Below, piece by piece: positions 1 through 8,155 of a stretch of DNA of 43,518 nt. Under the pieces are notes generated by a model. That model was not told the DNA's origin, made no database searches, and was given only the letters and a program-made list of their open reading frames with translations. The translations under genes and the position numbers were made by a program. The stretch's first letter is position 1; every line of letters starts with the position of its first letter. The DNA comes from a virus. The stretch lies in IMG/VR virus record IMGVR_UViG_3300045988_069980. One strand, written 5' to 3'.

Positions 1-119
1 AGGCGGCGATATTGCAACCGTGGTCATTCCCATCGGCGCAAAGCTTAAAAATGAGGAAGGGCAGGACACGGATAAGCGGCTGACCATTGAAAGCGTGAAC
101 GGCGGTGTTGACTTTGTGC
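1..119. repeat. Left copy of the exact 119-bp terminal direct repeat (same as 43400-43518)
   Basis: aggcggcgatattgcaaccgtggtc...ggtgttgactttgtgc is present at both ends with no mismatch by eye. Confidence 0.95.
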
Positions 120-991
120 AGGATGCGGACGCAATAGCACAATTCGGCACGATTGTCAAAACGGTTATTTTCGATGATGTCACCGATGCAGAAAACCTCA
201 AAGCCAAAGGACAAGCACATTTAGCCGGTCTTGTCAAACAGCTTGAAACCATAGAGTTGACGGCGGCAGACTTGGCAACAGTGGATAAGGATATTACATC
301 GTTTCACCTTGGCACACAGGTTCGGGTTGACAGCAATCCGCATGGCATCAATCAGCTTTTCACGGTCAGCAAACTGTCCTTGAAGTTGCTTGACCCTGCC
401 GCAAACAAATTGACGCTCGGAAAGACTGTAGCGGCGTTCAGCGAAGCGGTCAAGGGCGTTTCTGATGGTCAGGGTGTGATTCTTCAGACCGTAGAGAAAA
501 CCGCACAGGCGGCTTCTGAAGCGGTCTATAATGTAGAAAGAAATCTGCTGTCATCCATTCAAGCATCGGAGGAAAACATCAAATCGACCGTTGCCGAAAA
601 CTACTATCTGAAGGAAGATACAGACGCGCTTGTTTCTTCGGTCAGCACGGAGATTGAGCAGACAAAAAACAGTGTTGAGATCGAATTTACATCTTTTCGC
701 GCAAATATTGATAGTATAGTTGCAAATACTGACGCAGAATTTGAAGAAATCCGCAAATTTATTAGATTTGTAGATGGAAAGATTCTGCTGGGCGAAGTGG
801 GCAACGAGCTTGAATTGCAGATAGCCAATGACAGAATCAGTTTTCTTCAGGACGGCGCAGAAGTGGCATACTTCAGCAACCGGAAACTGTATGTGACCGA
901 TACACAGATATTGCATAGCCTACAGCTTGGAAAGTTCGCTTTCATGCCGAGGGAAAACGGCAATATCAGTTTCAAAAAGGCGGTGGATTGA
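2..991 (+). CDS. Tal-like tail tip protein (phage minor structural protein / prophage-tail family), C-terminal part of the gene that starts at 42780
   Basis: Frame is open from base 2. Base 20 equals 43419, which is in frame with ATG 42780. Joined length is 1611 nt (536 aa). Gene follows a Dit-like gene. Confidence 0.8.
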   Translation, partial: GGDIATVVIPIGAKLKNEEGQDTDKRLTIESVNGGVDFVQDADAIAQFGTIVKTVIFDDVTDAENLKAKGQAHLAGLVKQLETIELTAADLATVDKDITSFHLGTQVRVDSNPHGINQLFTVSKLSLKLLDPAANKLTLGKTVAAFSEAVKGVSDGQGVILQTVEKTAQAASEAVYNVERNLLSSIQASEENIKSTVAENYYLKEDTDALVSSVSTEIEQTKNSVEIEFTSFRANIDSIVANTDAEFEEIRKFIRFVDGKILLGEVGNELELQIANDRISFLQDGAEVAYFSNRKLYVTDTQILHSLQLGKFAFMPRENGNISFKKAVD

Positions 992-992
992 T

Positions 993-3059
993 ATGGCATC
1001 ATCAGGAACCATTCAACAGGCTATCCGGACGGGCTATCGGTTGCAAATAGCGTGGTCGGTGGGTTCGCAGTCCGTAGCTAACAACACTTCCAGCGTAACG
1101 GCAAAGGTGCAGCTTGTGTCAACCGGCAGTAGCTACACTATCAATTCCAGCGCAAGCAAAAGCGGAAGCTTGACCATCAACGGCACAAAATACACCTTCA
1201 ATTTCACCGCTGCCCTGTCCGGCAATCAAACCAAAACGCTGTTCACAAAAACGGTCACGGTGTCCCACAATTCGGACGGAACAAAAGTTTGTTCGTTCTC
1301 TGCCACTTGTGGGATAAATGTTACGCTGTCCGGCACCTATTACGGCAATGTCACAGCATCCGGCAGCGGAACGTTCAACACCATAGCGCGGGCATCCAGC
1401 ATCAGCAGCGTGACTTCTTCTGTGTCCGTCACTGGAAGCAATGCTGTCACGGTAAATATTGACCGCAAGTCAAGCAGCTTCACGCACACAGTCGTATTTA
1501 GCTTTGGAAGCTATTCTAAAACGACCACAGGCGTTGGAACTTCTGCAAGCTACACGATACCGCAAAGCTGGTTAAACGCCATACCAAGCTCCACAAGCGG
1601 CACAGCAAAGGTCACAGTAACCACCTATTCCGGCAGTACGAAGATTGGGGCGGCAGTATCAAAAAGCTTCACCGTCACAGTCCCAGCAAGTGTTGTCCCA
1701 ACCATTTCAAGCGTTGCTATTGCTGATACTGTCACGGCGGTTTATAGCTTCTTCGGGAACATGGTGCAGAGCAAGTCAAAGCCTAAGTTCACGATCACGG
1801 CGGCAGGGGCTTTAAGCTCTACCATCAAGACCTATAAAACAGTTTTTGAGGGCAAGAGCTATTCAGGCGCTACGCCGACAGCCGGAGTGATTACGGGAAG
1901 TGGGACGGTATCAGCCAAAATTACCGTCACAGACAGCCGTGGACGATCTGCCAGCACAACAAAGACTTGGACTGTGCTTCCCTATTCCCCGCCCAAGATC
2001 ATCAGCTTTCAGGGCTTCAGGTGCCTTGCAGACGGCACAGAAAACTATGAAGGTGCATATCTTAACGCTGCTGTCAATTTTAGCATTTCGCCCGTGTCGC
2101 AGAAGAACACGGCGGCATATACGCTGGAATACAAGCTGCAAAGTGCCACGGCATGGACAAACTTGACAAGCGGCGCTGTATATGCATTGAAAGACAGCAT
2201 TATCAGCGCAAGCGGCATTTTCGGGCTTGATAACAGCTATGATGTGCGCTTGTCTGTTACAGATCATTTCACAACAATCAGAAGCATTATAGATATACCA
2301 ACAGCGTTCACGCTGTTGGACTTCAATGCTTCCGGTCGTGCTGTTGCCTTTGGCAAGGTGTCCGAGCTGACAGAGGGGATAGAATTTGCACTGAAAACAG
2401 TATTCAGCCACGCCGAAACACCGTCATCTGTCATATACCTGACGGAAGGGCAAGACCTGAATGAAATCCTTGAACCGGGATTCTATTCTATCCCGACATC
2501 AGCGGTTTCGGGGGCGTTGCTTAACAAACCGTATTCAGCAACTTCCACAGGCAGTTTGATTGTTTTAAGGGAAGGTAACGGAGTACAGAAAGCGCAAATT
2601 CTTCATGTTGCATCCAAGGCAAACGGCGCTATTTATGAGCGCTGTTATTATTCCAGCGCATGGGGCGAATGGAAAACGGTCTATAATGGCGGTGGAAAAA
2701 TCCTGTGGGAAGGTGCTATGTACATGACAGCCAGTCACAAAATCACCTTGGCCGAAGCAATCAGCAAACAGCCGTCCGGTATTGTCCTTGTGTTCAGCAG
2801 ATATGACAGTGCCACAAGTACGCCATCGGAACATAATTATAATTCGTTTTTCGTCCACAAGGCTCTTGTGGCTGCAAAGCCGGGTGTTGGTTCTGCGTTT
2901 TGCATGAATACTGTGAATTATAGCATGGTTGCGACAAAATACCTGTATATCAACGATACGACCATTGCCGGAAATGACAGTAACGATGACGAAGGGACGG
3001 GAAATGGCGTAACTTACAATAATAAAGCCTATGTACTGCGCTATGTCATAGGCGTATAA
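993..3059 (+). CDS. DUF859-type siphovirus tail fibre / receptor-binding protein
   Basis: ATG 993 overlaps the upstream stop (TGATATG). N-terminus MASSGTIQQAIRTGYRLQIAWSV...TVSHNSDGTK matches the DUF859 pattern as recalled. Ser/Thr-rich repeats. Last gene of the tail module. Confidence 0.75.
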   Translation: MASSGTIQQAIRTGYRLQIAWSVGSQSVANNTSSVTAKVQLVSTGSSYTINSSASKSGSLTINGTKYTFNFTAALSGNQTKTLFTKTVTVSHNSDGTKVCSFSATCGINVTLSGTYYGNVTASGSGTFNTIARASSISSVTSSVSVTGSNAVTVNIDRKSSSFTHTVVFSFGSYSKTTTGVGTSASYTIPQSWLNAIPSSTSGTAKVTVTTYSGSTKIGAAVSKSFTVTVPASVVPTISSVAIADTVTAVYSFFGNMVQSKSKPKFTITAAGALSSTIKTYKTVFEGKSYSGATPTAGVITGSGTVSAKITVTDSRGRSASTTKTWTVLPYSPPKIISFQGFRCLADGTENYEGAYLNAAVNFSISPVSQKNTAAYTLEYKLQSATAWTNLTSGAVYALKDSIISASGIFGLDNSYDVRLSVTDHFTTIRSIIDIPTAFTLLDFNASGRAVAFGKVSELTEGIEFALKTVFSHAETPSSVIYLTEGQDLNEILEPGFYSIPTSAVSGALLNKPYSATSTGSLIVLREGNGVQKAQILHVASKANGAIYERCYYSSAWGEWKTVYNGGGKILWEGAMYMTASHKITLAEAISKQPSGIVLVFSRYDSATSTPSEHNYNSFFVHKALVAAKPGVGSAFCMNTVNYSMVATKYLYINDTTIAGNDSNDDEGTGNGVTYNNKAYVLRYVIGV

Positions 3060-3091
3060 ATAGATAATCTACAAAAAAGAAGGTAAATCGT

Positions 3092-3349
3092 ATGGGCTTC
3101 GATATATCTACCATTATAGTCGCAATTTTGGCGCTGATTGGCACACTGACCGGCGCATATCTTAGCAACAGCAAAACGAAAGCGCTGCTCGCATATCGTC
3201 TGGAACGGCTTGAAGAACGTGTGAACAAGCACAACAACCTCGTGGAACGAACATACAGGATCGAAGAGGATCAAGAGATTCTAAAAGAAAAAATCAAAGT
3301 AGCAAATCATCGTATTGATGATTTGGAACGAGAAAAAGGCAAGGGTTAA
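3092..3349 (+). CDS. Small protein with N-terminal TM helix and coiled coil (XhlA-like lysis accessory is possible but function is unknown)
   Basis: RBS aagaaggt lies upstream. TM segment IIVAILALIGTLTGAYL, then heptad-like RLERLEERV...IDDLERE. Confidence 0.6.
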   Translation: MGFDISTIIVAILALIGTLTGAYLSNSKTKALLAYRLERLEERVNKHNNLVERTYRIEEDQEILKEKIKVANHRIDDLEREKGKG

Positions 3350-3368
3350 TCCCTTGCCTTCTTTTTTT
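3336..3368. terminator. Bidirectional rho-independent terminator
   Basis: Perfect 10-bp stem AAGGCAAGGG/CCCTTGCCTT with loop ttaat. T-run on the plus strand and A-run upstream. Lies between convergent genes. Confidence 0.85.
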
Positions 3369-3372
3369 ATGC

Positions 3373-3819
3373 CTATTCTTGTGTCTGCTCGGATGTGGTG
3401 TCTTTTTCAGCGCTATTGCCATTACTCGGAGCTGGTTTCGCTGCTTTCAGCGTAAACAGCCCCATGATTGCGGCAACAGCAATGCCGAATATAGCTGCGC
3501 CTATACTTGTACCAATATTACCTAAACCGCCAATTGCGAAAAGGACAATTAACGCTATGTACCACCACCGCAAGCAAATAGGTCTGCTATTAGTAACCGG
3601 CTTGCTGCTGCTTTTTGCACACTTTTTTCCGCTTCCAGAAATCTTAGTTGAATAGGATAACCCCGTGCCCGGAGCGGATGCCCTGACCCTTGCGCCGGTT
3701 TTGGAATTAAACGAAACACCGCCATATTTGCCGCCGATGCTCATACCTACGCTTTTTTTGCCGAAATTTAGCTTGACACCGGGCGCAATTTTTACGCTTT
3801 TGCGAAATCTGAACCCCAT
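3373..3819 (-). CDS. DUF4236-domain membrane protein (moron)
   Basis: N-terminus MGFRFRKSVKIAPGVKLNFGKKSVG...GLSYS is the DUF4236 pattern as recalled. C-terminal TM helices. Own promoter-like TTGTCT-17-TAGAAT on the minus strand. Confidence 0.7.
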   Translation of the reverse strand: MGFRFRKSVKIAPGVKLNFGKKSVGMSIGGKYGGVSFNSKTGARVRASAPGTGLSYSTKISGSGKKCAKSSSKPVTNSRPICLRWWYIALIVLFAIGGLGNIGTSIGAAIFGIAVAAIMGLFTLKAAKPAPSNGNSAEKDTTSEQTQE

Positions 3820-3956
3820 TCAATAGCCCCTGCCTTTCACTGTTATTTGACAAAAGATGCTTGTATTCTATTCCTGAAAATCACAAAAGACAATATCCCA
3901 CACAAATAATCAGCGTTTTGCACTTTTAAGACGGTCAAAAGCTGGTCGTTTTGACA

Positions 3957-3983
3957 AGGAAAAGGGACGGTTTGCACCGTCCC
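3957..3983 (-). terminator. Terminator downstream of the HNH gene
   Basis: Stem GGGACGG/CCGTCCC (3964-3983) followed by TTTT on the minus strand. Confidence 0.6.
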
Positions 3984-3990
3984 TTCGCTG

Positions 3991-4512
3991 TTAATCTTCG
4001 ATATCCGCTTGTGTGTCAGCTATTAGATTATCAAGCAGCTTTTCAGCCTTTTCATAATCCTTTTCTTTCAGCGCCGCTTTCAGGTCTTTCAAATCCCTTG
4101 CAAGCTTCCTTAGATAACTTTTGAATACTGCTGATTTCCTTTCTGCCCTTTTATTTTTTTCTGCTATCCTCTTATTTCTCGTGCCATAGTTTGCATTTTC
4201 CTTCCTCGTTGTCCACTCTAAGTTATCAACCCGGTTGTTCGACTTGTTTTCGTCCTTATGGTTGACTTCTGGTAGATTAAACGGATTAGGCAAAAAGGCA
4301 CACGCTACAAGTCTATGCACATAATATGCTTTACAGCTTCCATTCTTCGACAGTCGGATTTGTGTGTATTTACATTCACCGCTTTGCGGTTCGACTTTCA
4401 AGAACTTTCCTTTGTCAACATCTTTGGCAAAACTTCGCACCCTGCCATGATTGCTGACTTGGTAAAGTCCTTCATACCCTTGAATGTCTTTCCATATCTC
4501 ATTCATCTGCAT
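3991..4512 (-). CDS. HNH homing endonuclease with NUMOD4 motif
   Basis: IWKDIQGYEGLYQVSNHGRVRS (NUMOD4) and VNHKDENKSNNRVDNLEWTTRKEN (HNH_3-type motif). Confidence 0.85.
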   Translation of the reverse strand: MQMNEIWKDIQGYEGLYQVSNHGRVRSFAKDVDKGKFLKVEPQSGECKYTQIRLSKNGSCKAYYVHRLVACAFLPNPFNLPEVNHKDENKSNNRVDNLEWTTRKENANYGTRNKRIAEKNKRAERKSAVFKSYLRKLARDLKDLKAALKEKDYEKAEKLLDNLIADTQADIED

Positions 4513-4615
4513 TGTCTCCCGAAAGCTTCATCATCAGCGTGTAATAGAAGCACAACTGATTTTCGCTCATTTCCTCGATCTGCTCAAGGATTGCGTTCTT
4601 GTAATAGTCTGCCAT
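4499..4615 (-). CDS. Conserved 38-aa ORF preceding and overlapping the endonuclease start
   Basis: MADYYKNAILEQIEEMSENQLCFYYTLMMKLSGDNADE. RBS aaaggtggct. A paralogue lies at 25736..25858. Confidence 0.55.
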   Translation of the reverse strand: MADYYKNAILEQIEEMSENQLCFYYTLMMKLSGDNADE

Positions 4616-4782
4616 GTGATAGCCACCTTTCTTTTGATTGTGGCTCTATTATATACCATTGCGCAAGTACATACAATCGACATAGTTACTAAAATCATGT
4701 CATTGCGTTAGTACATTTTGTACACTTGCGCAATTACAAATCAGGTGATACAATGTTGCAAATCTCTTGAAAGGTGGTAACA
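4616..4782. promoter_or_regulatory. Divergent promoter region with three copies of the operator motif TTGCG(C/T)(A/T)AGTACA
   Basis: Rightward promoter: TTGCGC (4726-4731), 17-nt spacer, TACAAT (4749-4754) with an upstream TG. Leftward promoter: TTGTAT (complement of 4671-4676), 17-nt spacer, TATAAT (complement of 4648-4653). Motif copies at 4659-4671, 4703-4715 and inverted at 4721-4733. All are conserved in copy B. Confidence 0.65.
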
Positions 4783-5097
4783 ATGGGAACGGCAAGAACG
4801 AAAGCAAATAATAAGTGGAATGCAAAAGCCTATGACCGCATTAACCTAACTGTTCCAAAAGGGCAGAAAGAAGAAATTAAAGCCCACGCAGAAAGCACGG
4901 GCGAAACCGTGAATGCCTTTATCAAACGGGCAATCATGGAAGTAACCGAAATGGACAATATGCACCGCGCATATCAGCGTGGGCTTTTGCGGCAGCTTGA
5001 AAAAGTAACGGCTGCGCTTGACAGCGGCGATAGCGAAAGCGCAAAACGGTTGATCGGCGAGCTGGTAGAAGATACGAAAGCGGATATAGTGGATTAA
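4783..5097 (+). CDS. Ribbon-helix-helix (Arc/CopG-like) DNA-binding protein with a C-terminal helical tail
   Basis: MGTARTKANNKWNAKAYDRINLTVPKGQKEEIKAHAESTGETVNAFIKRAI. RBS aaaggtgg is 6 nt upstream of the ATG. Confidence 0.7.
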   Translation: MGTARTKANNKWNAKAYDRINLTVPKGQKEEIKAHAESTGETVNAFIKRAIMEVTEMDNMHRAYQRGLLRQLEKVTAALDSGDSESAKRLIGELVEDTKADIVD

Positions 5098-5100
5098 AAG

Positions 5101-5131
5101 AAAAGGGGCAGACTTCGGTCTACCCCTTTTT
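5101..5131. terminator. Bidirectional terminator
   Basis: Stem GGGGCAGAC/GTCTACCCC (one mismatch), loop TTCG, flanked by an A-run and a T-run. Confidence 0.75.
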
Positions 5132-5132
5132 G

Positions 5133-5300
5133 CTATCCGTTTATCTTTTCTTGCAATTCCTCATAGGTGATGATGTCCTTGACATACAGTTCAAACAGCA
5201 CGTCTATATACTGCGCTTTGCGCTTCTTGTATTCTGCTTCGCTTATTTCCCCGGCCATAAGCCGCTTTTCAAGATGGCCTAATACTATGTTGCCATTCAT
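5133..5300 (-). CDS. 55-aa hypothetical protein (SHOCT-like helical peptide)
   Basis: MNGNIVLGHLEKRLMAGEISEAEYKKRKAQYIDVLFELYVKDIITYEELQEKING. Read manually because it is below the ORF-track cutoff. Confidence 0.45.
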   Translation of the reverse strand: MNGNIVLGHLEKRLMAGEISEAEYKKRKAQYIDVLFELYVKDIITYEELQEKING

Positions 5301-5356
5301 TTCTATTCCCCATTTCTTTCGTGGTTGATATAATCAGTAATATCAGCGGTTTGGTG

Positions 5357-5408
5357 TTATTAGTAGCATGACAAGCCTACTAAAATAGACTTATCAAGCT
5401 ACTAATAA
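5357..5408. other. Candidate attP core for the serine integrase
   Basis: Two 24-nt inverted arms: TTATTAGTAGCATGACAAGCCTAC and ATAGACTTATCAAGCTACTAATAA. The outer 11 nt are perfect. They flank the central TAAA, 20 nt from the 3' end of the integrase gene. Confidence 0.55.
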
Positions 5409-5427
5409 TGGCTAAAAAAATTAGCCC

Positions 5428-7002
5428 TTATTTGAAAGTGATTTCTAACACGGGCTTGCCGCCTTTGCTTCTGCCATAGTCGATAACATCATATCTGATA
5501 TCTTCAATAAATTCCTTCAAAAAATCGTTCTTTGCTTGTGCATCAAGCGCAGGGTCTTTGAACGTTTCAATGATTTTCTGCAAGGTGATGATTCGTTCGG
5601 AATAGTCAATGACTTCCGGCACGTCCGCTTTCGCCTGCGCAAGCTGCGCTTTCAGATCGGCAATTGATTGCGCGTAAACCTGCTTTCGCTCTATGAATTC
5701 TTCTTTCGTGTATACTTCATCTTCGTAATCATCAAACAGTTTTTTGCGCTTCTTTTCCAGCTTTTCAAGCTCTGCATCCATCCGCGATATTTTTTCAAGG
5801 TGGCGGGCGCGTTCGGCTCCGTTGCCGTCATGGTTCATCTTATATTCAAAATCTTCAATGTGGGCTTCCAGCGCTTCAACAAGCGCGTCAAACACGATTT
5901 CCACACGCAAAGACTTTTTCTTGCAATAGGCGCTTGCTTTATGCGAATAGCGGATTCCACGGCTATCCTTGTAATTTATCCAGTCCAAAGCTTTCCCGCA
6001 GTCAGCGCAGTGAATCAGACCGGCAAGGGGGCTGACAAGCTCTTTCCCGTGGTTAATCGGGTTTTTCTTGAATCGACCTTGCGCCTTTCGGAACTGTGCT
6101 TCGCTGATAATTGGCTTGTGTTTCCCATTGATATACTTGACTTCTTCCGGCGATGCTTGCACACGCTTTTTTTGAACTTTGCCTGTTTTCGGGTCACGCA
6201 CCTTAACCGTTTTGCTTTTTCCCCAAGTGATGATACCGATATACAGCTTGTTTTTCAGCATACAAGATATTGTTTCCTTATGCCATTCCCGACTACCTTG
6301 CATAGTCGGAATCCCCATGGAAGTAAACTGCTTTGCAATCCAATCGCATGACCGGTTTTCTTCCGTGAACCAGTCAAACATCATCTGCACAAGCGGCCGT
6401 TCTTCTTCATTGATGACAAGATAGCGGTTATCTTTGCTTTTCCGAACGATGTTATAGCCGAATACGCGCTGCGGAAGAAGATAGTTACCTTCAAGCACGG
6501 CCTGAAGCTTACCGGCTTCCAAGCGGCGGCGAATCGTCTTGAATTCACGGCGCGACATAAACAGACCGAATTCAAAATATTCTTGGTCGAATTCGTTGTC
6601 CGGGTCATATACCTTGACAGGGGTGATGATTTTTGTGTCGGACATCTGAAAAGCTTCCGCAACTTCGCCCTGATCTTTCGTATTACCACGGGCAAGGCGC
6701 TCGACTTCGACCACCAAAACACCTTTATATTTTTCGGCATAAACATCTTCAAGAAGCCGCTGCACTTCTGGCCTGTCCTGAATGCTTTCGCCGGACACAA
6801 TTTCCTGATAGATGGTTATCTGACTTGGAAGAATATCATGTCTTGCAGCAAGATTGAAAAGCATGGTTTTGTGCTTCGCCAGTGTTTCACCTTCGCCAAG
6901 GGCTTCCATTTCGATGTCTGCCCTTGATTTTCTAAGGTACATTGCATACTTGTCTTGTGTATATTGACTTATTACTTTTTCTGTTATTTGGTCTGTATTC
7001 AT
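5428..7002 (-). CDS. int: Large serine recombinase (phage integrase)
   Basis: N-terminal resolvase motif YLRKSRAD. Recombinase domain. Cys motif CADCGK...C, and a C-terminal coiled coil. Confidence 0.9.
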   Translation of the reverse strand: MNTDQITEKVISQYTQDKYAMYLRKSRADIEMEALGEGETLAKHKTMLFNLAARHDILPSQITIYQEIVSGESIQDRPEVQRLLEDVYAEKYKGVLVVEVERLARGNTKDQGEVAEAFQMSDTKIITPVKVYDPDNEFDQEYFEFGLFMSRREFKTIRRRLEAGKLQAVLEGNYLLPQRVFGYNIVRKSKDNRYLVINEEERPLVQMMFDWFTEENRSCDWIAKQFTSMGIPTMQGSREWHKETISCMLKNKLYIGIITWGKSKTVKVRDPKTGKVQKKRVQASPEEVKYINGKHKPIISEAQFRKAQGRFKKNPINHGKELVSPLAGLIHCADCGKALDWINYKDSRGIRYSHKASAYCKKKSLRVEIVFDALVEALEAHIEDFEYKMNHDGNGAERARHLEKISRMDAELEKLEKKRKKLFDDYEDEVYTKEEFIERKQVYAQSIADLKAQLAQAKADVPEVIDYSERIITLQKIIETFKDPALDAQAKNDFLKEFIEDIRYDVIDYGRSKGGKPVLEITFK

Positions 7003-7003
7003 C

Positions 7004-7615
7004 CTATAAGTTCCCGCCTTTTATATGATTTATAACATTGTTTGCAAAATCCCCTATATCCGAATGATCTTCAAGCCAGAAGAAGCCCACGCCTTTATTA
7101 AGAACGTCAACGACAATCGCCAGCATGATTATCGCAATGGCTATAAAGGCAACAATGCAGAAGATGTTGCGCCATTTTTTGCGGTCATCGGACGTTGCGC
7201 GGACTTTCCGCAATTCGTCCTTCATAAATTCCGTTTGTTTATCTGCGTCCTTTTTCACTTCTTCAAGACGCTGTTCCAGTTCCTGCTTTTCCTTTTCCAA
7301 CCGTTCAATGGTTTCAAGGTGCTTGCTTTCTTCAACGGCCACTTCTGGGCAAGGTGTTTCTTCGTTCCCGCAGCCAATTAGCGCACAAAACATGGGCGCG
7401 AAAGTAGAATAATAGACATCCCTGTCTTTCTGGGAAAGGGTGTTTTTGATTGTCCCTTCCTTTACGCCGGATTCATCCGAAAGGTCGGCATTCTTCCAGC
7501 CCAAAGCGGTCATGCGCCGCTTTGCGAAGTGTCGCATATCATTTAGGGGCATAATGTAGAAATTCGGTATGCAATCGCACCCTAAATGCTGGCAACTGAT
7601 ACATTTTTCGTACAT
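7004..7615 (-). CDS. Membrane-anchored protein with Cys-rich N-terminus, HTH-like segment, coiled coil and a TM helix
   Basis: CISCQHLGCDC; LGWKNADLSDESGVKEGTIKNTLS; EKEKQELEQRLEEVKKD; TM IFCIVAFIAIAIIMLAIVV. Its stop is 1 nt from the integrase ATG. Confidence 0.6.
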   Translation of the reverse strand: MYEKCISCQHLGCDCIPNFYIMPLNDMRHFAKRRMTALGWKNADLSDESGVKEGTIKNTLSQKDRDVYYSTFAPMFCALIGCGNEETPCPEVAVEESKHLETIERLEKEKQELEQRLEEVKKDADKQTEFMKDELRKVRATSDDRKKWRNIFCIVAFIAIAIIMLAIVVDVLNKGVGFFWLEDHSDIGDFANNVINHIKGGNL

Positions 7616-7789
7616 TTCTAGTCCTTTCCAATAACGGTGCTATCAGTTCCCTTATCGTGCCATAATTGCACGGATGTAGGGTTGCAGCATAATTATTCCA
7701 ATGATAGGCTGTTGGCAGGTCAAACAAGACCTATCAGCCCATACGAAGTGTGGGGGTGCAGTGTGGCAGCTACATCCCCACACGGAGTT

Positions 7790-8155
7790 TTATTTTAATC
7801 CCCGCTTATGTACAATGTACTTCGCATAATTGATAATTTCCCGGTTTTCTTCATCGGTAAATTCAATATGGCCTAATTCGCGGCACCATGTGTCCAAGTG
7901 CCGAATTTGCACACCTTCCGATGCGACAAACGTTGCAATCGTTTCTTCTTCCTTTGTGCCAAGCCCCATCAGATAGGACGGCGTTGTTTGCAGCGCAGAG
8001 GCAAGCGTTATAAGGATTTCGGAACTTACCTTGTCAATATCTCCGCTTTCATATCGGTAAACGGTTGATCGGTCTTTTCCTATCAGCTTTGCCAAACAGT
8101 CAGCCGACATCTTTAATTCAGTTCTCCGCGCTTTGATTCTGTTACCGATGTGCAT
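7790..8155 (-). CDS. XRE-family HTH repressor (CI-like)
   Basis: Start at ATG 8155, preceded by aaaggtggtga. HTH LAKLIGKDRSTVYRYESG. Has a C-terminal extra domain. Confidence 0.8.
   Translation of the reverse strand: MHIGNRIKARRTELKMSADCLAKLIGKDRSTVYRYESGDIDKVSSEILITLASALQTTPSYLMGLGTKEEETIATFVASEGVQIRHLDTWCRELGHIEFTDEENREIINYAKYIVHKRGLK

Larger units (their letters stand above)
3991..5097. mobile_element. Nuclease cassette A: NUMOD4-HNH endonuclease, 38-aa ORF, divergent promoter/operators and RHH gene
   Basis: About 440 bp (4499-4940) is roughly 85-90% identical by eye to the reverse complement of 25410-25858. Confidence 0.7.

Noticed and set aside
1-119. The terminal repeats were considered as attL/attR or as LTRs of an integrated element.
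   Set aside because: No host sequence flanks them, and a tail gene reads through the junction. The integrase-proximal dyad at 5357-5408 is a far better att candidate.
927-992. Upstream extension of the DUF859 fibre ORF (MESSLSCRGKTAISVSKRRWID).
   Set aside because: It overlaps the 3' end of the Tal gene. ATG 993 gives the family-typical MASSGT N-terminus and a stop/start overlap.
7740-7790. Hairpin GTGTGGGG...CCCCACAC downstream of the repressor gene. Considered as a tRNA fragment, an att site or a terminator.
   Set aside because: On the minus strand it is not followed by a T-run, and it has no tRNA features. It may act as a plus-strand terminator or insulator, but this cannot be supported further.
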